Positions 1 through 11,458 of a stretch of 64,000 nt of DNA are shown here, in pieces. The notes beneath the pieces were generated by a model, which searched no databases, was not told the DNA's origin, and saw nothing but the letters and a program-made list of their open reading frames with translations. The DNA is taken from contig OZ242311.1 of the NCBI GenBank assembly GCA_965207885.1, positions 3,680,001-3,744,000 of the forward strand, in the 5' to 3' direction. This stretch comes from Candidatus Latescibacterota bacterium (GTDB lineage Bacteria; Latescibacterota; UBA2968). Positions within the stretch are counted from its first letter, which is position 1. Each line of letters opens with the position of its first letter. The translations under genes were made by a program, and so were the position numbers.

Positions 1-3000
1 CGATGATCACATTTTCCTTTAGTCCCAATAGCGTGTCAACCTTGCCCTGTACTGCTGCTTCGGTAAGCACTCGGGTAGTTTCCTGGAAAGACGCTGCTGA
101 AATGAAACTCTCGGTCAAAAGAGAGGCTCGGGTAATCCCCAACAAGACGGGATTGTGAGTTGCGGGATCGCCTCCTTCAACCAGAACCTTATCATTTTCA
201 TCGAGGAAACGGAATCGGTCAACGAGTTCGTCTTCGAGAAAATTGGTATCTCCAGGATCTGTCACCTGTACTTTCTGCAACATCTGCCGGACGATGGTTT
301 CAATATGCTTGTCATTGATTTTCACACCCTGGAGCCGATAAACCTGCTGAATTTCATCGACGAGATACTCCTGAACTTTTCGATCTCCCAAAATAGCCAG
401 AATATCGTGTGGATTTACCGACCCCTCAGACAGGCGGTCACCCGCGGTTACGCGATCACCTTCTTGTACGCGCAGATGCCGTCCGTAGGGAATGGTGTAT
501 TTTTTTTCTTCACCCTCATCAGCCGTAACCAGGACAACTCGAGAGCCTCTCACCATGCGACCAAAGCTCACCGAGCCGTTGATTTCGGTAACCACTGAAG
601 CCTCTTTGGGGCGACGCGCCTCAAAAAGCTCAGCTACACGCGGCAAACCACCTGTAATATCTCGTGTTTTGCTGCGCTCACGCGAAATTTTAGCCAGCGT
701 ATCACCATCTGCTACTTGGTCGCCATCGCGCACCACCAGTCGCGCTCCCAGAGGAATGATATAATGGCCCAGTTCTTCGCCATCTGCATCGACAACCTTA
801 ATGTGGGGCGATAAGGTGCGGTCTCGGTGCTCAATCACGACCAGTCCGGCAATGCTGGTGGTTTCATCAATTTCTTCGCGATATGTCACTCCTTCTACGA
901 GGTCCCCAAACTGAACTTTACCAGCTTTGGGCGATACGATCACATTATTATACGGGTCCCATTCGTAGAGTGCCTGGTCCTCTTCCACATCTTGTCCTTC
1001 CTCCACTCGCAACACAGCTCCATGCGGCACGTGGTAGTGCCCTCCCCTTACACGACCCTGATCATCTTGCACTTCGATCTCGCCATTCCGACCGACCACA
1101 ACCCATGAATCTTCATCGCGCTGCACAAACTCGAGATGTTTAAAGATGACTTTTCCCGCACGCTTTGCACCAATCTCGGCCTGCTCGGCAATGCGACTGG
1201 AAGTGCCTCCAATATGAAAGGTGCGCAATGTCAATTGTGTTCCGGGTTCGCCCACACTCTGCGCAGCAATAACACCCACGGCCTCTCCAATATCAACGGG
1301 TAGTCCGGTGGCGGGGTTGCGGCCATAACAGGCCATACAGACCCCTCGCCGAGTTTCACACGTCAATACGGACCGCACCCAGACGCCTTCAATACCCGCA
1401 TCGGCAATTTTGTCGGCCAATTCTTCATTTAATAAAGCGCCTGCGGCAACAATGCGTTCACCCGTAATGGGATCTTCGACATCTTCCAGCACTGTGCGTC
1501 CTACAATGCGGTCAGATAGCGATTCAACAACTTCTTCGCCTTCCTTCAGGGCTTCCATTTCAATGCCCAATATCGTTCCGCAATCGGCTTCAGAAATAAC
1601 CACATCTTGCGATACATCCACCATGCGACGCGTCAAGTAGCCCGCTTCAGCGGTCTTCAAGGCCGTATCGGCCAGCCCCTTGCGACTGCCGTGCGTCGAA
1701 ATAAAATACTCAAGCACGGTCAGACCTTCTTTAAGTGACGAAATAATAGGTGTTTCAATAATTTCGCCAATCGCTCCCGTCAATTTCTTTTGCGGTTTAT
1801 TCATCAGCCCGCGCATACCACCGAGTTGCTTGATCTGATCGTCGTTTCCTCGTGCGCCCGAATCCTTCATAATCCAGATTGAATTGAAGCCTTCTTCGGC
1901 TTTTTCAAATGCACCAATCATGGCCTGGGCAATGTGATTGGTCGTATGCTGCCATACATCAATCACTTTGTTGTAGCGTTCGCCCTCGGTAATAGCCCCG
2001 ATCGCGTGTTGTTCAATAATTTTTTCGACTTCGCCCATAGCATCGGTAATCAATTCTTCCTTTTCGGGGGGTACGACCACATCGCTCACCGCAATCGAAA
2101 TACCCGACTGCGTCGCATAATCGTATCCCAACTGCTTCAATCCATCGAGAAAATCTGTCGTAATGCGGTTGCCATTCCGACTGTGGACTTCAGAAGAAAC
2201 TTTGCGGATACCTTTGTCATCGATCAATTCATTGATAAAGGGCATTGTTTCGGGCATAATTTCGTTAAAAATGACGCGCCCAACCGTAGTCGTCAAAAGC
2301 TTACCATCTATGCGAACGCGCACGGCTTCATGCAGGTCAATGCGTTCAAAATCATACGCCATGCGAGCTTCATTGGTACTGCTAAAGGTTTTGAGATTCT
2401 CTTCCTTGCCGTGAACAATTTTTGTCAGATAATAAAGGCCTAAAGCTATTTCCTGGGGTTTATCGACCACAACAGGCGATCCATCGGCGGGTTTGAGCAA
2501 ATTGTTTGACGACAGCATCAACACCCGCGCTTCAATCTGGGCCTCAAAAGAAAGCGGCAGGTGTACGGCCATCTGATCACCGTCGAAATCGGCATTAAAT
2601 GCCGCACAGACCAGCGGATGAATGCGAATGGCTTTGCCTTCTACGAGCACGGGTAAAAACGCCTGAATGCCCAGGCGATGCAATGTTGGGGCGCGATTGA
2701 GCAAAACGCAGTGATCCTGGATAATTTCTTCGAGAATATCCCATACTTCAACGCGCTCGCGTTCGACTAATTTCTTCGCACTTTTAACGGTTTGGACGAG
2801 GCCCTTTTCTTCGAGCCGTCGAATAATAAATGGCTTGAATAATTCCAGAGCCATATGTTTGGGTAGCCCGCATTGATAAAGCCTTAAATGAGGATCTACC
2901 ACAATCACAGAACGACCCGAATAATCGACGCGTTTACCCAAAAGATTCTGGCGAAATCGCCCCTGTTTACCCTTGAGTAGATCGGAAAGCGACTTGAGGG

Positions 3001-3955
3001 ATCGGTTGCCATCACCGCGAACAGCACGAGACCGACGGCCATTGTCAAACAGAGCGTCTACAGCCTCCTGGAGCATGCGTTTTTCATTGCGTAAAATGAC
3101 TTCGGGTGCTTTGATTTCAATCAGTTTTTTGAGCCGATTATTTCTATTGATCACGCGGCGATACAAATCATTGAGATCCGAAGTTGCAAACCGCCCGCCC
3201 TCTAAGGGTACAAGAGGACGCAAGTCGGGCGGGATGACGGGAATCACATCGAGAATCATCCAATCGGGCTGATTATCCGATTGGCGGAACGCCTCGACGA
3301 CCTTGAGGCGTTTGAGTGCCTCCTGTTTGCGCTGCACCGAAGTCTCGAAACGAGCTTGCGTTCGCAGTTCAGCAGACAAGTCCTCAATATCGATTGCAGA
3401 CAGCAATTTTTTGATAGCGCCAGCCCCCATATCGACATCAAATGAATACCCCTCGTCTTCGAGATCAATCACCTCATCTTCAGTGAGCAAATCCTTGAAT
3501 TTGAGATCGGGAGCATCACCGGGATCTAACACCACATACGATTCGTAGTAAATGATCCGCTCGAGATTGCGAACGGAAAGATTGAGCAAATACCCCATGC
3601 GAGATGGGAGCGACTTAAAAAACCAGATATGTGTCACTGGAACCGCCAATTCGATGTGTCCCAGCCGCTCTCGTCTGACCTTTGATTGGGTCACTTCTAC
3701 CCCACATCGGTCACACACTACACCCCGATATCGAATGCGCTTGTATTTACCGCAATGGCACTCCCAGTCTTTGACAGGCCCAAAAATGCATTCGCAAAAT
3801 AATCCGTCGCGCTCGGGCTTAAAAGACCGATAATTGATAGTTTCGGGTTTAGTAACCTCGCCGCGCGACCACCCTCGGATGGTATCTGGCGAAGCCAGTT
3901 GAATACGAATAGAATTAAAATCTAAGGGTTGATTGGCAAAATTGGTATCGGCCAC
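1..3955 (-). CDS. rpoC: DNA-directed RNA polymerase subunit beta' (3' end outside window)
   Basis: Not in the ORF track (no stop in window). Manual translation from GTG at 3955: [42 protein letters not shown]..; NADFDGDQM at ~2570-2600; TLRTFHIGG near 1200-1230; frame continues to [12 protein letters not shown] at the window edge. Confidence 0.98.
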   Translation of the reverse strand, partial: MADTNFANQPLDFNSIRIQLASPDTIRGWSRGEVTKPETINYRSFKPERDGLFCECIFGPVKDWECHCGKYKRIRYRGVVCDRCGVEVTQSKVRRERLGHIELAVPVTHIWFFKSLPSRMGYLLNLSVRNLERIIYYESYVVLDPGDAPDLKFKDLLTEDEVIDLEDEGYSFDVDMGAGAIKKLLSAIDIEDLSAELRTQARFETSVQRKQEALKRLKVVEAFRQSDNQPDWMILDVIPVIPPDLRPLVPLEGGRFATSDLNDLYRRVINRNNRLKKLIEIKAPEVILRNEKRMLQEAVDALFDNGRRSRAVRGDGNRSLKSLSDLLKGKQGRFRQNLLGKRVDYSGRSVIVVDPHLRLYQCGLPKHMALELFKPFIIRRLEEKGLVQTVKSAKKLVERERVEVWDILEEIIQDHCVLLNRAPTLHRLGIQAFLPVLVEGKAIRIHPLVCAAFNADFDGDQMAVHLPLSFEAQIEARVLMLSSNNLLKPADGSPVVVDKPQEIALGLYYLTKIVHGKEENLKTFSSTNEARMAYDFERIDLHEAVRVRIDGKLLTTTVGRVIFNEIMPETMPFINELIDDKGIRKVSSEVHSRNGNRITTDFLDGLKQLGYDYATQSGISIAVSDVVVPPEKEELITDAMGEVEKIIEQHAIGAITEGERYNKVIDVWQHTTNHIAQAMIGAFEKAEEGFNSIWIMKDSGARGNDDQIKQLGGMRGLMNKPQKKLTGAIGEIIETPIISSLKEGLTVLEYFISTHGSRKGLADTALKTAEAGYLTRRMVDVSQDVVISEADCGTILGIEMEALKEGEEVVESLSDRIVGRTVLEDVEDPITGERIVAAGALLNEELADKIADAGIEGVWVRSVLTCETRRGVCMACYGRNPATGLPVDIGEAVGVIAAQSVGEPGTQLTLRTFHIGGTSSRIAEQAEIGAKRAGKVIFKHLEFVQRDEDSWVVVGRNGEIEVQDDQGRVRGGHYHVPHGAVLRVEEGQDVEEDQALYEWDPYNNVIVSPKAGKVQFGDLVEGVTYREEIDETTSIAGLVVIEHRDRTLSPHIKVVDADGEELGHYIIPLGARLVVRDGDQVADGDTLAKISRERSKTRDITGGLPRVAELFEARRPKEASVVTEINGSVSFGRMVRGSRVVLVTADEGEEKKYTIPYGRHLRVQEGDRVTAGDRLSEGSVNPHDILAILGDRKVQEYLVDEIQQVYRLQGVKINDKHIETIVRQMLQKVQVTDPGDTNFLEDELVDRFRFLDENDKVLVEGGDPATHNPVLLGITRASLLTESFISAASFQETTRVLTEAAVQGKVDTLLGLKENVII

Positions 3956-3985
3956 GAGAGAACCCCCTTTTCAAGTCTTATGTCG

Positions 3986-6900
3986 TCAGTCAATCTGCGC
4001 GTTTTCAAGTACCACGTCCAAACACAGGCTTTGCAATTCTTTGACCAGAACATTAAATGATTCTGGCACACCGGGTTCGGGTGGATTTTCTCCCTTCACA
4101 ATGGTCTCGTAAATTTTGGATCTGCCTGCCACATCATCGGATTTGACAGTAAGCATTTCCTGTAACATGTGTGCAGCACCATAAGCTTCGAGTGCCCAAA
4201 CTTCCATTTCTCCAAAGCGCTGTCCGCCAAACTGGGCTTTGCCGCCCAAAGGTTGCTGCGTGACCAGTGAATAGGGTCCAATTGAACGCGCGTGAATCTT
4301 ATCGCTGACCAGATGCGATAGTTTCAACATATAAATGATACCGACCATCACTTCTTTATCAAACGGTTCCCCTGTTTTGCCATCGTAAAGGAGCGTTTTT
4401 CCGTTTTCGGGCAAATCAGCTTTTCGCAACATACCCTGGACATCGTCCATGCTCGCGCCGTCAAACACAGGAGTCGCAAAGTGGAGATCCAGTTTGTGGG
4501 CTGCCCAACCCAAATGGGTTTCGAGGATTTGGCCAAGATTCATGCGAGAGGGTACACCGAGCGGATTCAAAACCAGATCAATGGGCGTGCCATCCGGCAA
4601 ATAGGGCATATCTTCTTCGGGCACAATAATCGAAATTACACCCTTATTGCCGTGCCTACCGGCCATTTTATCCCCTACCATCAGCTTTCTTTTGCGAGCG
4701 ACATACACCTTGACCAGTTGCACAATGCCCGGCGGAAGTTCATCTCCGCGCGCGATTTTTTCAAGCTCTCGCTCGAGTTCTTCTTCCGCCTGCTGCATCA
4801 AGTGGTCGGCTAGTTCAATCAGTCGATCCACCTTTTGGCTTGTCGCTGGACTATCACACCAATCTCCATCGGGTTTCACTGTGCCCAGGTCAAATTTGTC
4901 CAGCGATCTTTCATTCAACGCCGTGCCAGCCTTTACAACTACCGTACTATCTTCATCGCGCAAGGTATTGACTCTGCGGTTTTTGAGAAGAGCTAAAACC
5001 TGCTGATCCCGGCTTTGTTTTAATGACTCAATCTTAGAGGCAATGCGTTTTTGGGCAACTCCGGTCTTTTCTTTATCTTCATTTCGCGTCTTTTCATCGC
5101 GCTCTTTGCGAGAAAAAACTTTGCGATCCATGACTACGCCATCCATTCCTGGAGGAGCTTTAAGCGATGCGTCGCGCACATCGCCAGCCTTCTCGCCAAA
5201 AATCGCGCGTAACAAACGCTCTTCAGGTGACAATTCAGTTTCGCCCTTCGGGGTCACCTTCCCAACGAGAATATCGCCTTGATTGACCTCTGCTCCCACG
5301 CGAATGATGCCGTGCTCATCCAGATTGCGAACAGCTTGCTCACTAACGTTGGGAATTTCACGCGTAATTTCTTCTGTGCCGCGTTTGGTATCGCGAACCT
5401 GAAGCTCAAATTCTTCAATGCTAATTGAAGTAAAAATATCCTTTTTAATGAGCCGCTCAGAAACAATGATGGCATCTTCGAAGTTATACCCATGCCACGA
5501 CATAAACGCCACGAGCACATTGGCACCGAGCGCGAGATCTCCCCTGTCTGTGGCACAACCATCGGCCAATAACTGACCTTTTTCAACTTTATCACCAACT
5601 TGTACGGCCGGACGCTGGTTAATACAAAAATCTTGATTGGATCGCTTGAATTTGGTCAGATCGTAAATGTCCTCATCAGACAGCGAAATGGTTTCAATAC
5701 TGCGACCCTTTCGGCGCTTAACGACAATTTTGTCGGCACTGACATACGTCACAACACCGGCATTTTTCGCAATAATGACAGCTTTTGAATCAACGGCAAC
5801 TTTGCGTTCGAGACCCGTTCCAACACGCGGGGCATCCGTAATTAAGAGAGGCACACCTTGCCGCTGCATATTGGACCCCATCAACGCGCGGTTGGCCTCA
5901 TCGTGCTCGAGAAAAGGAATAAGTCCGGCGGCAGCACTCACAAGCTGGAAGGGTGAAACATCCATATAATCAATCGCATCGGGATCGACCACAGGAAAAT
6001 CGCCTCGCCGCCTCGCCTGCACGACATTATTTTCAAATTCGCCCTTGTCATCAAGCGCTAGATTGGCCTGTGCAATGGTATGGCGATCTTCTTCATCGGC
6101 GGGCAAATATGCAATATCCTGTGAAACTTTGCCACTTTTGACCTTCCGATAGGGCGTCTCGAGAAAGCCGAAGGGATTGACCTTGGCATAAGTTGCCACA
6201 GACACAATCAGGCCGATATTAGGGCCTTCGGGCGTTTCGATGGGACAAATGCGGCCGTAGTGCGTGTGATGCACATCGCGCACCTCAAACCCCGCCCGGT
6301 CGCGCGTTAATCCCCCCGGTCCTAATGCCGATAAACGGCGTTTGTGGGTCAATTCGTCAAGCGGATTGATTTGCTGTAAAAACTGCGACAATTGGCTACT
6401 GCCAAAAAAGGCCTGAACCACAGTAGATACAGTCCGTGCGTTGACCAGATCGTGGGGAGTCAGTTGCTCGGAATCGCGCAAACTCATGCGCTCTCTAATC
6501 GTGCGCGCCATGCGCGCCAAACCAATACTAAATTGCTTGGAGAGCAACTCGCCTACAGAGCGCACCCGCCGATTGCCCAAATGATCGATATCATCGGTAA
6601 ATCCCTCCCCCATAGCCAAGATAAGTAGATAGTCAATGACTTTAATAAAGTCATCAATACACAGCATGGTGAAGTCGAGCGGAATATTATCGACCATATC
6701 CAGACGCTGGTTAATGCGATAGCGCCCGACAGTACCCAGATTATAACGCCTGGGACTGAAAAAATTTCGCTCGAGCAATCCGCGCGCAGTTTCAATATTG
6801 GGAGGATCGCCGGGACGCAGCAGGCTATAAATCCGCGAGAGTGCTTCTTCCTCATTGTCACACGGATCCTTGTCCAGCGTATTAGTAATAATCCCACCGT

Positions 6901-7759
6901 CGTTTTCGGGATCGATATCCAACACTGTGATTTTGGCGACCCCATTTTCCTTAAGGGCTAAGAGATGCTCCTCCATCAACGTGGTATATGCTTCGACAAT
7001 TACTTCTCCCGTCTTTTTATTTACCACATCTTCGGTAACAATGTGATCGACGAGTTCTTCAGAAACTTTGACGGTGGTATCACCGTGAAAAATGCCCAGA
7101 ATTTCCTCGGACTTGTCAAATCCCAAAGCTCTCAACAAAGTCGTGACCGGCAGTTTGCGTTTGCGGTCGATATGAACGTACATAATATCGTTGATATCGA
7201 GACTAAATTCGAGCCAAGCTCCGTTATCGGGAATGATTCTGGCGGAAAATAAACGCTTGCCATTTGGATGAATAGCATCGTCAAAAAATACGCCAGGAGA
7301 TCTGTGTAATTGGCTCACGATCACGCGTTCTGAACCGTTGATGACAAATGTACCTTCATCGGTCATCAACGGCAATTCGCCTAAGAACACCGTCTGCTCG
7401 ACGATATCTTTAACGCGAAATTCGCCATTTCCCTGCTTTTCTCGAGAAATCAGACGAAGCGTTGAACGCAATGGCACGGCATAAGTCGTACCGCGTTCGA
7501 GACATTCTTGCACATCGTATTTGGGAGTTCCAACGGAATAATCGACAAACTCTAAAGAATAGAGATTGTGGGCGTCTGTGATCGGGAAGATACCGTGGAA
7601 GACCGCCTGGAGGCCTTGTTTCTCGCGTACTCCAGGCGGTACATCCTTCTGTAAAAACCAGTCATAAGAATCGAGCTGGATATCCAGCAGATTCGGCATT
7701 TCGATTGCAGACGTGAGAGTTCCGTACGATTTCCGGTCAATAAATCCTCTATCTGCCAA
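3986..7759 (-). CDS. rpoB: DNA-directed RNA polymerase subunit beta
   Basis: 1257 aa; [37 protein letters not shown] motifs; TTG start with AGGAG upstream. Confidence 0.99.
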   Translation of the reverse strand: MADRGFIDRKSYGTLTSAIEMPNLLDIQLDSYDWFLQKDVPPGVREKQGLQAVFHGIFPITDAHNLYSLEFVDYSVGTPKYDVQECLERGTTYAVPLRSTLRLISREKQGNGEFRVKDIVEQTVFLGELPLMTDEGTFVINGSERVIVSQLHRSPGVFFDDAIHPNGKRLFSARIIPDNGAWLEFSLDINDIMYVHIDRKRKLPVTTLLRALGFDKSEEILGIFHGDTTVKVSEELVDHIVTEDVVNKKTGEVIVEAYTTLMEEHLLALKENGVAKITVLDIDPENDGGIITNTLDKDPCDNEEEALSRIYSLLRPGDPPNIETARGLLERNFFSPRRYNLGTVGRYRINQRLDMVDNIPLDFTMLCIDDFIKVIDYLLILAMGEGFTDDIDHLGNRRVRSVGELLSKQFSIGLARMARTIRERMSLRDSEQLTPHDLVNARTVSTVVQAFFGSSQLSQFLQQINPLDELTHKRRLSALGPGGLTRDRAGFEVRDVHHTHYGRICPIETPEGPNIGLIVSVATYAKVNPFGFLETPYRKVKSGKVSQDIAYLPADEEDRHTIAQANLALDDKGEFENNVVQARRRGDFPVVDPDAIDYMDVSPFQLVSAAAGLIPFLEHDEANRALMGSNMQRQGVPLLITDAPRVGTGLERKVAVDSKAVIIAKNAGVVTYVSADKIVVKRRKGRSIETISLSDEDIYDLTKFKRSNQDFCINQRPAVQVGDKVEKGQLLADGCATDRGDLALGANVLVAFMSWHGYNFEDAIIVSERLIKKDIFTSISIEEFELQVRDTKRGTEEITREIPNVSEQAVRNLDEHGIIRVGAEVNQGDILVGKVTPKGETELSPEERLLRAIFGEKAGDVRDASLKAPPGMDGVVMDRKVFSRKERDEKTRNEDKEKTGVAQKRIASKIESLKQSRDQQVLALLKNRRVNTLRDEDSTVVVKAGTALNERSLDKFDLGTVKPDGDWCDSPATSQKVDRLIELADHLMQQAEEELERELEKIARGDELPPGIVQLVKVYVARKRKLMVGDKMAGRHGNKGVISIIVPEEDMPYLPDGTPIDLVLNPLGVPSRMNLGQILETHLGWAAHKLDLHFATPVFDGASMDDVQGMLRKADLPENGKTLLYDGKTGEPFDKEVMVGIIYMLKLSHLVSDKIHARSIGPYSLVTQQPLGGKAQFGGQRFGEMEVWALEAYGAAHMLQEMLTVKSDDVAGRSKIYETIVKGENPPEPGVPESFNVLVKELQSLCLDVVLENAQID

Positions 7760-7832
7760 GGGCTCACGCTCCTGTGCTGGAAGGCTAACGGTCAGTTACG
7801 GATTAGTATTGCTGCACAAACTTACAACAACC

Positions 7833-8207
7833 CTACTTGAGTTCCACCACCGCGCCGGCTTCTTCCAGTTCTGCCTTGATCTGTTCGGCTTCTTCTTTTT
7901 CCACGCCTTCTTTAACGGTATTGGGGGCCCCATCAACCAGAGCTTTGGCTTCTCTAAGCCCCAACGAGGTAAGGCTGCGAACAACCTTGATCACCTGGAT
8001 TTTCTTGTCTCCAGAAGACGACAAAATCACATCAAATTCTGTCTGCTCTTCAACAGCGGGAGCAGCATCACCGCCACCGCCGCCGGGTGCTGCAACAACA
8101 GCTGCCTGTGCAGTCACACCAAACTTTTCCTCAAGTGCTTTGACCAATTCGGCCAACTCGAGCACCGAGAGTTTTTCAATTTCGCTAATAATAGATTCAA
8201 CAGCCAT
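7833..8207 (-). CDS. rplL: 50S ribosomal protein L7/L12
   Basis: [49 protein letters not shown]; ATG at 8207 with GGAGG RBS. Confidence 0.98.
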   Translation of the reverse strand: MAVESIISEIEKLSVLELAELVKALEEKFGVTAQAAVVAAPGGGGGDAAPAVEEQTEFDVILSSSGDKKIQVIKVVRSLTSLGLREAKALVDGAPNTVKEGVEKEEAEQIKAELEEAGAVVELK

Positions 8208-8252
8208 GAATATGCCTCCGTCCAACAATGAATTGGGTGTGTAATAAGCGGT

Positions 8253-8786
8253 CTATTCGCCGCCTTCTTCCTTTCTTTTTTCTGCAACAGCTTGAAGTGT
8301 ACCAACGAGTTTTTGCAAAATGCCATTCAGCGTAAAGGCAAGGCCACTTATCGGGCTTTGTATTGCAGATACCATCTGGCCCAGCAGTACATCGCGCGAA
8401 GGTATTTCGGCCAATCGCTCAATCTGGTCTGCAATAAAGACCTCGCCATCGATATACCCGGCTTTAATCGCGGGCTTGCCATCGGTCTCTTCGGCAAATT
8501 TGGTCAATACACGAGCTGGTGCTACGGGATCTCCATCGGCGCAAACAAGCCCTGTGGGACCGCGGAACACATCGTCGAGTCCCTCAACTCCGGCTTGTTT
8601 AACCGCCAGTTTAGCCAACCGATTTTTTATTACGAGATAAGAAACAGACTCTTCGCGGAGTTGCTTGCGCAACAGGGTAAATGAAGGAACATCTAACCCC
8701 GTAAAATCAGTTAAATACAACCCTTTGGCTCGTTTTAAGATATCTGTCAACTCTGCGACAGTAGCCTCTTTTTCAGCAGTTGGCAT
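8253..8786 (-). CDS. rplJ: 50S ribosomal protein L10
   Basis: [36 protein letters not shown]; position between rplA and rplL; ATG at 8786 with AAGGAAGG RBS. Confidence 0.97.
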   Translation of the reverse strand: MPTAEKEATVAELTDILKRAKGLYLTDFTGLDVPSFTLLRKQLREESVSYLVIKNRLAKLAVKQAGVEGLDDVFRGPTGLVCADGDPVAPARVLTKFAEETDGKPAIKAGYIDGEVFIADQIERLAEIPSRDVLLGQMVSAIQSPISGLAFTLNGILQKLVGTLQAVAEKRKEEGGE

Positions 8787-8803
8787 TTCTGTACCTTCCT
8801 TGT

Positions 8804-9505
8804 TCAATTGGCCGCCAGTGCCGTGCGGTCCAGGCGTATCCCCGGTCCCATTGTGGTAGATAATGTGACCGAACGCATGTATTGTCCTTTTGTAGAAGAT
8901 GGACGCGCTCTGACAATTGCATCGATCAATGCCTGGGCATTCTCCCGAAGACGCGGTGCATCAAAAGACGCTTTGCCCACAGGCGTATGCACATTGGCCG
9001 TTCTATCGACCCGATATTCTACACGCCCCGCTTTGGCCTCCTGCACAGCACGAGCTGCATCGGGTGTCACTGTGCCACTCTTGGGATTGGGCATCAGACC
9101 TCGAGGGCCGAGAATGCGTCCCAATCGCCCGACCTGTCCCATCATGTCGGGCGTGGCAATAGCCACATCAAAATCTGTCCAGCCGTCATTGATCTTCTCC
9201 ACCAGATCTTCGGCACCTACAAAATCTGCACCCGCCGCTTCGGCAGCAGCGGCAGGCTCACCTCTGGCAAAAACTGCAACGCGTACGGATTTGCCCAGCC
9301 CGTGTGGCAAGGCGACTGTACCGCGAACGAGTTGGTCGGATTGCCGCGGATCAACGCCCAGCCGAAACGTGAGTTCAACTGTTTCGTCAAATTTCCGAGT
9401 GGGCATTTTTTTTAATATATCAACGGCTTCTGCCAGACCGTAATGCGTTTGGCGGTCAAAAAGCGCGGCCGCTTGTTTATAGCGTTTGGATTGCCCTCGT
9501 GCCAT
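8804..9505 (-). CDS. rplA: 50S ribosomal protein L1
   Basis: [45 protein letters not shown]. Confidence 0.99.
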   Translation of the reverse strand: MARGQSKRYKQAAALFDRQTHYGLAEAVDILKKMPTRKFDETVELTFRLGVDPRQSDQLVRGTVALPHGLGKSVRVAVFARGEPAAAAEAAGADFVGAEDLVEKINDGWTDFDVAIATPDMMGQVGRLGRILGPRGLMPNPKSGTVTPDAARAVQEAKAGRVEYRVDRTANVHTPVGKASFDAPRLRENAQALIDAIVRARPSSTKGQYMRSVTLSTTMGPGIRLDRTALAAN

Positions 9506-9517
9506 ACATACCTCCGG

Positions 9518-9943
9518 TCAATTGTTGACGGTCAGGCCCATACTGCGAGCCGTTCCCGCAATCATGCGCTTGGCAGCCTCAATGCTACCCGCGTTGAGGT
9601 CTTGAACTTTCATTTCTGCAATTTCCTGGAGTTGCGCATCGGTCACGGAACCCACTTTTTCCCGGTTGGATTCCGGCGACCCTTTGGCAATCCCCGCAGC
9701 CCTCTTGAGCAACACGGCTGCAGGCGGACTCTTCAACTCAAAAGAAAAACTCCTATCTGCATAAACCGTAATAATCGCGGGAATTATCAAACCCTGTTTA
9801 TCTTGAGTTTGTGCATTAAAGGCTTTGCAAAACTCCATAATATTGACGCCGTGCTGTCCCAAAGCTGGACCAACCGGTGGTGTCGGCGTCGCCTGTCCAG
9901 CGGGAATTTGTAACTTGATTGTTGTGAGAATTTTTCTGGCCAT
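9518..9943 (-). CDS. rplK: 50S ribosomal protein L11
   Basis: [42 protein letters not shown]. Confidence 0.99.
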   Translation of the reverse strand: MARKILTTIKLQIPAGQATPTPPVGPALGQHGVNIMEFCKAFNAQTQDKQGLIIPAIITVYADRSFSFELKSPPAAVLLKRAAGIAKGSPESNREKVGSVTDAQLQEIAEMKVQDLNAGSIEAAKRMIAGTARSMGLTVNN

Positions 9944-9955
9944 TAGTGCCTTTCG

Positions 9956-10492
9956 TTATCGCGATTCGACTGCTTCTTCAACCTGTAAAACATCTAACTC
10001 CACGGGTGTGTTGCGCCCAAAGATGCTAACCATCACTTTGATCTTGCTCTTCTCCGGATTGATGTCGTCAACCAGACCAATAAAATCACTGAAAGGACCA
10101 TCAATCACCTTGACCCGGTCGCCCACTTGATAGGGCACATCAGAAGTTTCCTCAACGGGGCGACGCTCAATTTGCCCCAAAATGCGGTTTACTTCTTCTT
10201 CGCGCAAAGGTTGCGGTCTTCGGCCTGGACCGACAAAGCTCGTCACACCTGGCACACTGGTAACAAAATATAGGGACTCTTTGTCCATATCCAGTTCAAC
10301 CAAAAGATAACTGGGTAAAAATTTCTTGAGGGATGTCGTTTTCCGTCCATCCTTCATCTCGACGACTTCCTCAGTAGGCACGATCACCCGACCAATTTTG
10401 TCGCCAACATCGATGTTTTCTTTGGCGGCCTCAATATAGCTCTTGACCTTATTCTCGTGCCCAGAATAAGTGTGGACAACATACCATTTCAT
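9956..10492 (-). CDS. nusG: Transcription termination/antitermination factor NusG
   Basis: MKWYVVHTYSGHENKVK, PGVTSFVG, KOW domain GDRVKVIDGPFSDF, VSIFGRNTPVEL; start trimmed to ATG 10492. Confidence 0.98.
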   Translation of the reverse strand: MKWYVVHTYSGHENKVKSYIEAAKENIDVGDKIGRVIVPTEEVVEMKDGRKTTSLKKFLPSYLLVELDMDKESLYFVTSVPGVTSFVGPGRRPQPLREEEVNRILGQIERRPVEETSDVPYQVGDRVKVIDGPFSDFIGLVDDINPEKSKIKVMVSIFGRNTPVELDVLQVEEAVESR

Positions 10493-10522
10493 CGGCCAAA
10501 GACTCCCTGACAAAAAATCCCG

Positions 10523-10708
10523 TTAAATCAGGATAAACTCCATAATACTCGCCAAAAAAGTATCCACAATATAAATGAATCCGGCCAGTGCAAGTGACAA
10601 TATAAGCACAATTGTAGTCGATGACTTGAGTTCGTCACGAGTAGGCCAGGTGACCTTTCCCATTTCAACGCGCACTTCGCCGAGAAATTGACTGATTTTG
10701 CTAAACAT
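10523..10708 (-). CDS. secE: Preprotein translocase subunit SecE
   Basis: EVRVEMGKVTWPTRDEL followed by one TM helix; lies between tRNA-Trp and nusG; ATG 10708. Confidence 0.95.
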   Translation of the reverse strand: MFSKISQFLGEVRVEMGKVTWPTRDELKSSTTIVLILSLALAGFIYIVDTFLASIMEFILI

Positions 10709-10723
10709 AATAAAATAAAAAAA

Positions 10724-10799
10724 TGGCAGGCCAGGCAGGACTTGAACCCGCAACCGTCGGTTTTGGAGACCGATGCTCTACCAGTTGAGCTACTGACCT
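10724..10799 (-). tRNA. tRNA-Trp (CCA)
   Basis: AGGTCAGTAGCTCAACTGGTAGAGCATCGGTCTCCAAAACCGACGGTTGCGGGTTCAAGTCCTGCCTGGCCTGCCA; 76-nt cloverleaf, anticodon CCA, encoded 3' CCA. Confidence 0.97.
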
Positions 10800-10811
10800 A
10801 CCCAAAAACAA

Positions 10812-10887
<76 letters not shown>

Positions 10888-10912
10888 GTTGGGCAATCCC
10901 CACTTGAGGTTC

Positions 10913-10989
10913 TGGAGCGGGAAACGGGACTCGAACCCGCGACCCTCAGCTTGGAAGGCTGACGCTCTGGCCAACTGAGCTATTCCCGC
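10913..10989 (-). tRNA. tRNA-Gly (TCC)
   Basis: GCGGGAATAGCTCAGTTGGCCAGAGCGTCAGCCTTCCAAGCTGAGGGTCGCGGGTTCGAGTCCCGTTTCCCGCTCCA; anticodon TCC. Confidence 0.97.
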
Positions 10990-11065
10990 CCGGCTATGTA
11001 TAAAAAACAACCCTTTTCTACAAAAGGGATCGGTATTGCCAAAAAATAATTTTCCGAGAATTAAC

Positions 11066-11094
11066 AAGATATGAAAAAGGTAGTCTCAGGTCAA
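11066..11094 (-). promoter_or_regulatory. sigma70-type promoter for tRNA-Gly/Thr/Trp-secE-nusG-rpl-rpo
   Basis: TTGACC-17 nt-TATCTT on the minus strand, ~75 nt upstream of tRNA-Gly. Confidence 0.65.
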
Positions 11095-11130
11095 GAGAAT
11101 TTTGTAGAAACTCAAACCTGTGATAGATTT

Positions 11131-11177
11131 AAAAAAACGGGAAGTCGGTGTTTTGCAATGTGGGCCTGACTCGCCCG
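11131..11177 (-). terminator. Possible intrinsic terminator after tRNA-Tyr
   Basis: Imperfect stem CGGGCGAGTCAGG / CCGACTTCCCG with a large loop, followed by T7 on the minus strand. Confidence 0.35.
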
Positions 11178-11209
11178 CTGTGTCTTGGGGGAGGAAACTG
11201 TTGGAGTTT

Positions 11210-11295
11210 TGGTGGGGGGTGGCGGATTCGAACCACCGAAGGCATAAGCCAGCAGATTTACAGTCTGCCCCAGTTGGCCGCTTTGGTAACCCCCC
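11210..11295 (-). tRNA. tRNA-Tyr (GTA)
   Basis: GGGGGGTTACCAAAGCGGCCAACTGGGGCAGACTGTAAATCTGCTGGCTTATGCCTTCGGTGGTTCGAATCCGCCACCCCCCACCA; long variable arm, anticodon GTA. Confidence 0.96.
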
Positions 11296-11313
11296 AATCT
11301 ATACAGCCTGGAA

Positions 11314-11342
11314 AAAATACCAGAAGATATTTTGATAGTCAA
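11314..11342 (-). promoter_or_regulatory. sigma70-type promoter of tRNA-Tyr
   Basis: TTGACT-17 nt-TATTTT with extended TG, 18 nt upstream of the tRNA. Confidence 0.65.
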
Positions 11343-11371
11343 GACCAAAATCGCTCAATGCCAATTGCAGA

Positions 11372-11400
11372 TTGACAAATCTGCCTACCTTTGCTATTTT
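11372..11400 (+). promoter_or_regulatory. sigma70-type promoter of the sugar epimerase gene (divergent from tRNA-Tyr)
   Basis: TTGACA-17 nt-TATTTT with extended TG. Confidence 0.65.
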
Positions 11401-11458
11401 CCGAGTTCAATTTTCCGCATTTAACTTTCTATCAGATGCCTGGCGTGAAAGGAGCAAA

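Noticed and set aside
155-3833. Plus-strand ORFs over the first 4 kb, and the many antisense ORFs throughout the track
   Set aside because: Shadow frames of rpoC and other recognisable genes; no motifs or RBS.
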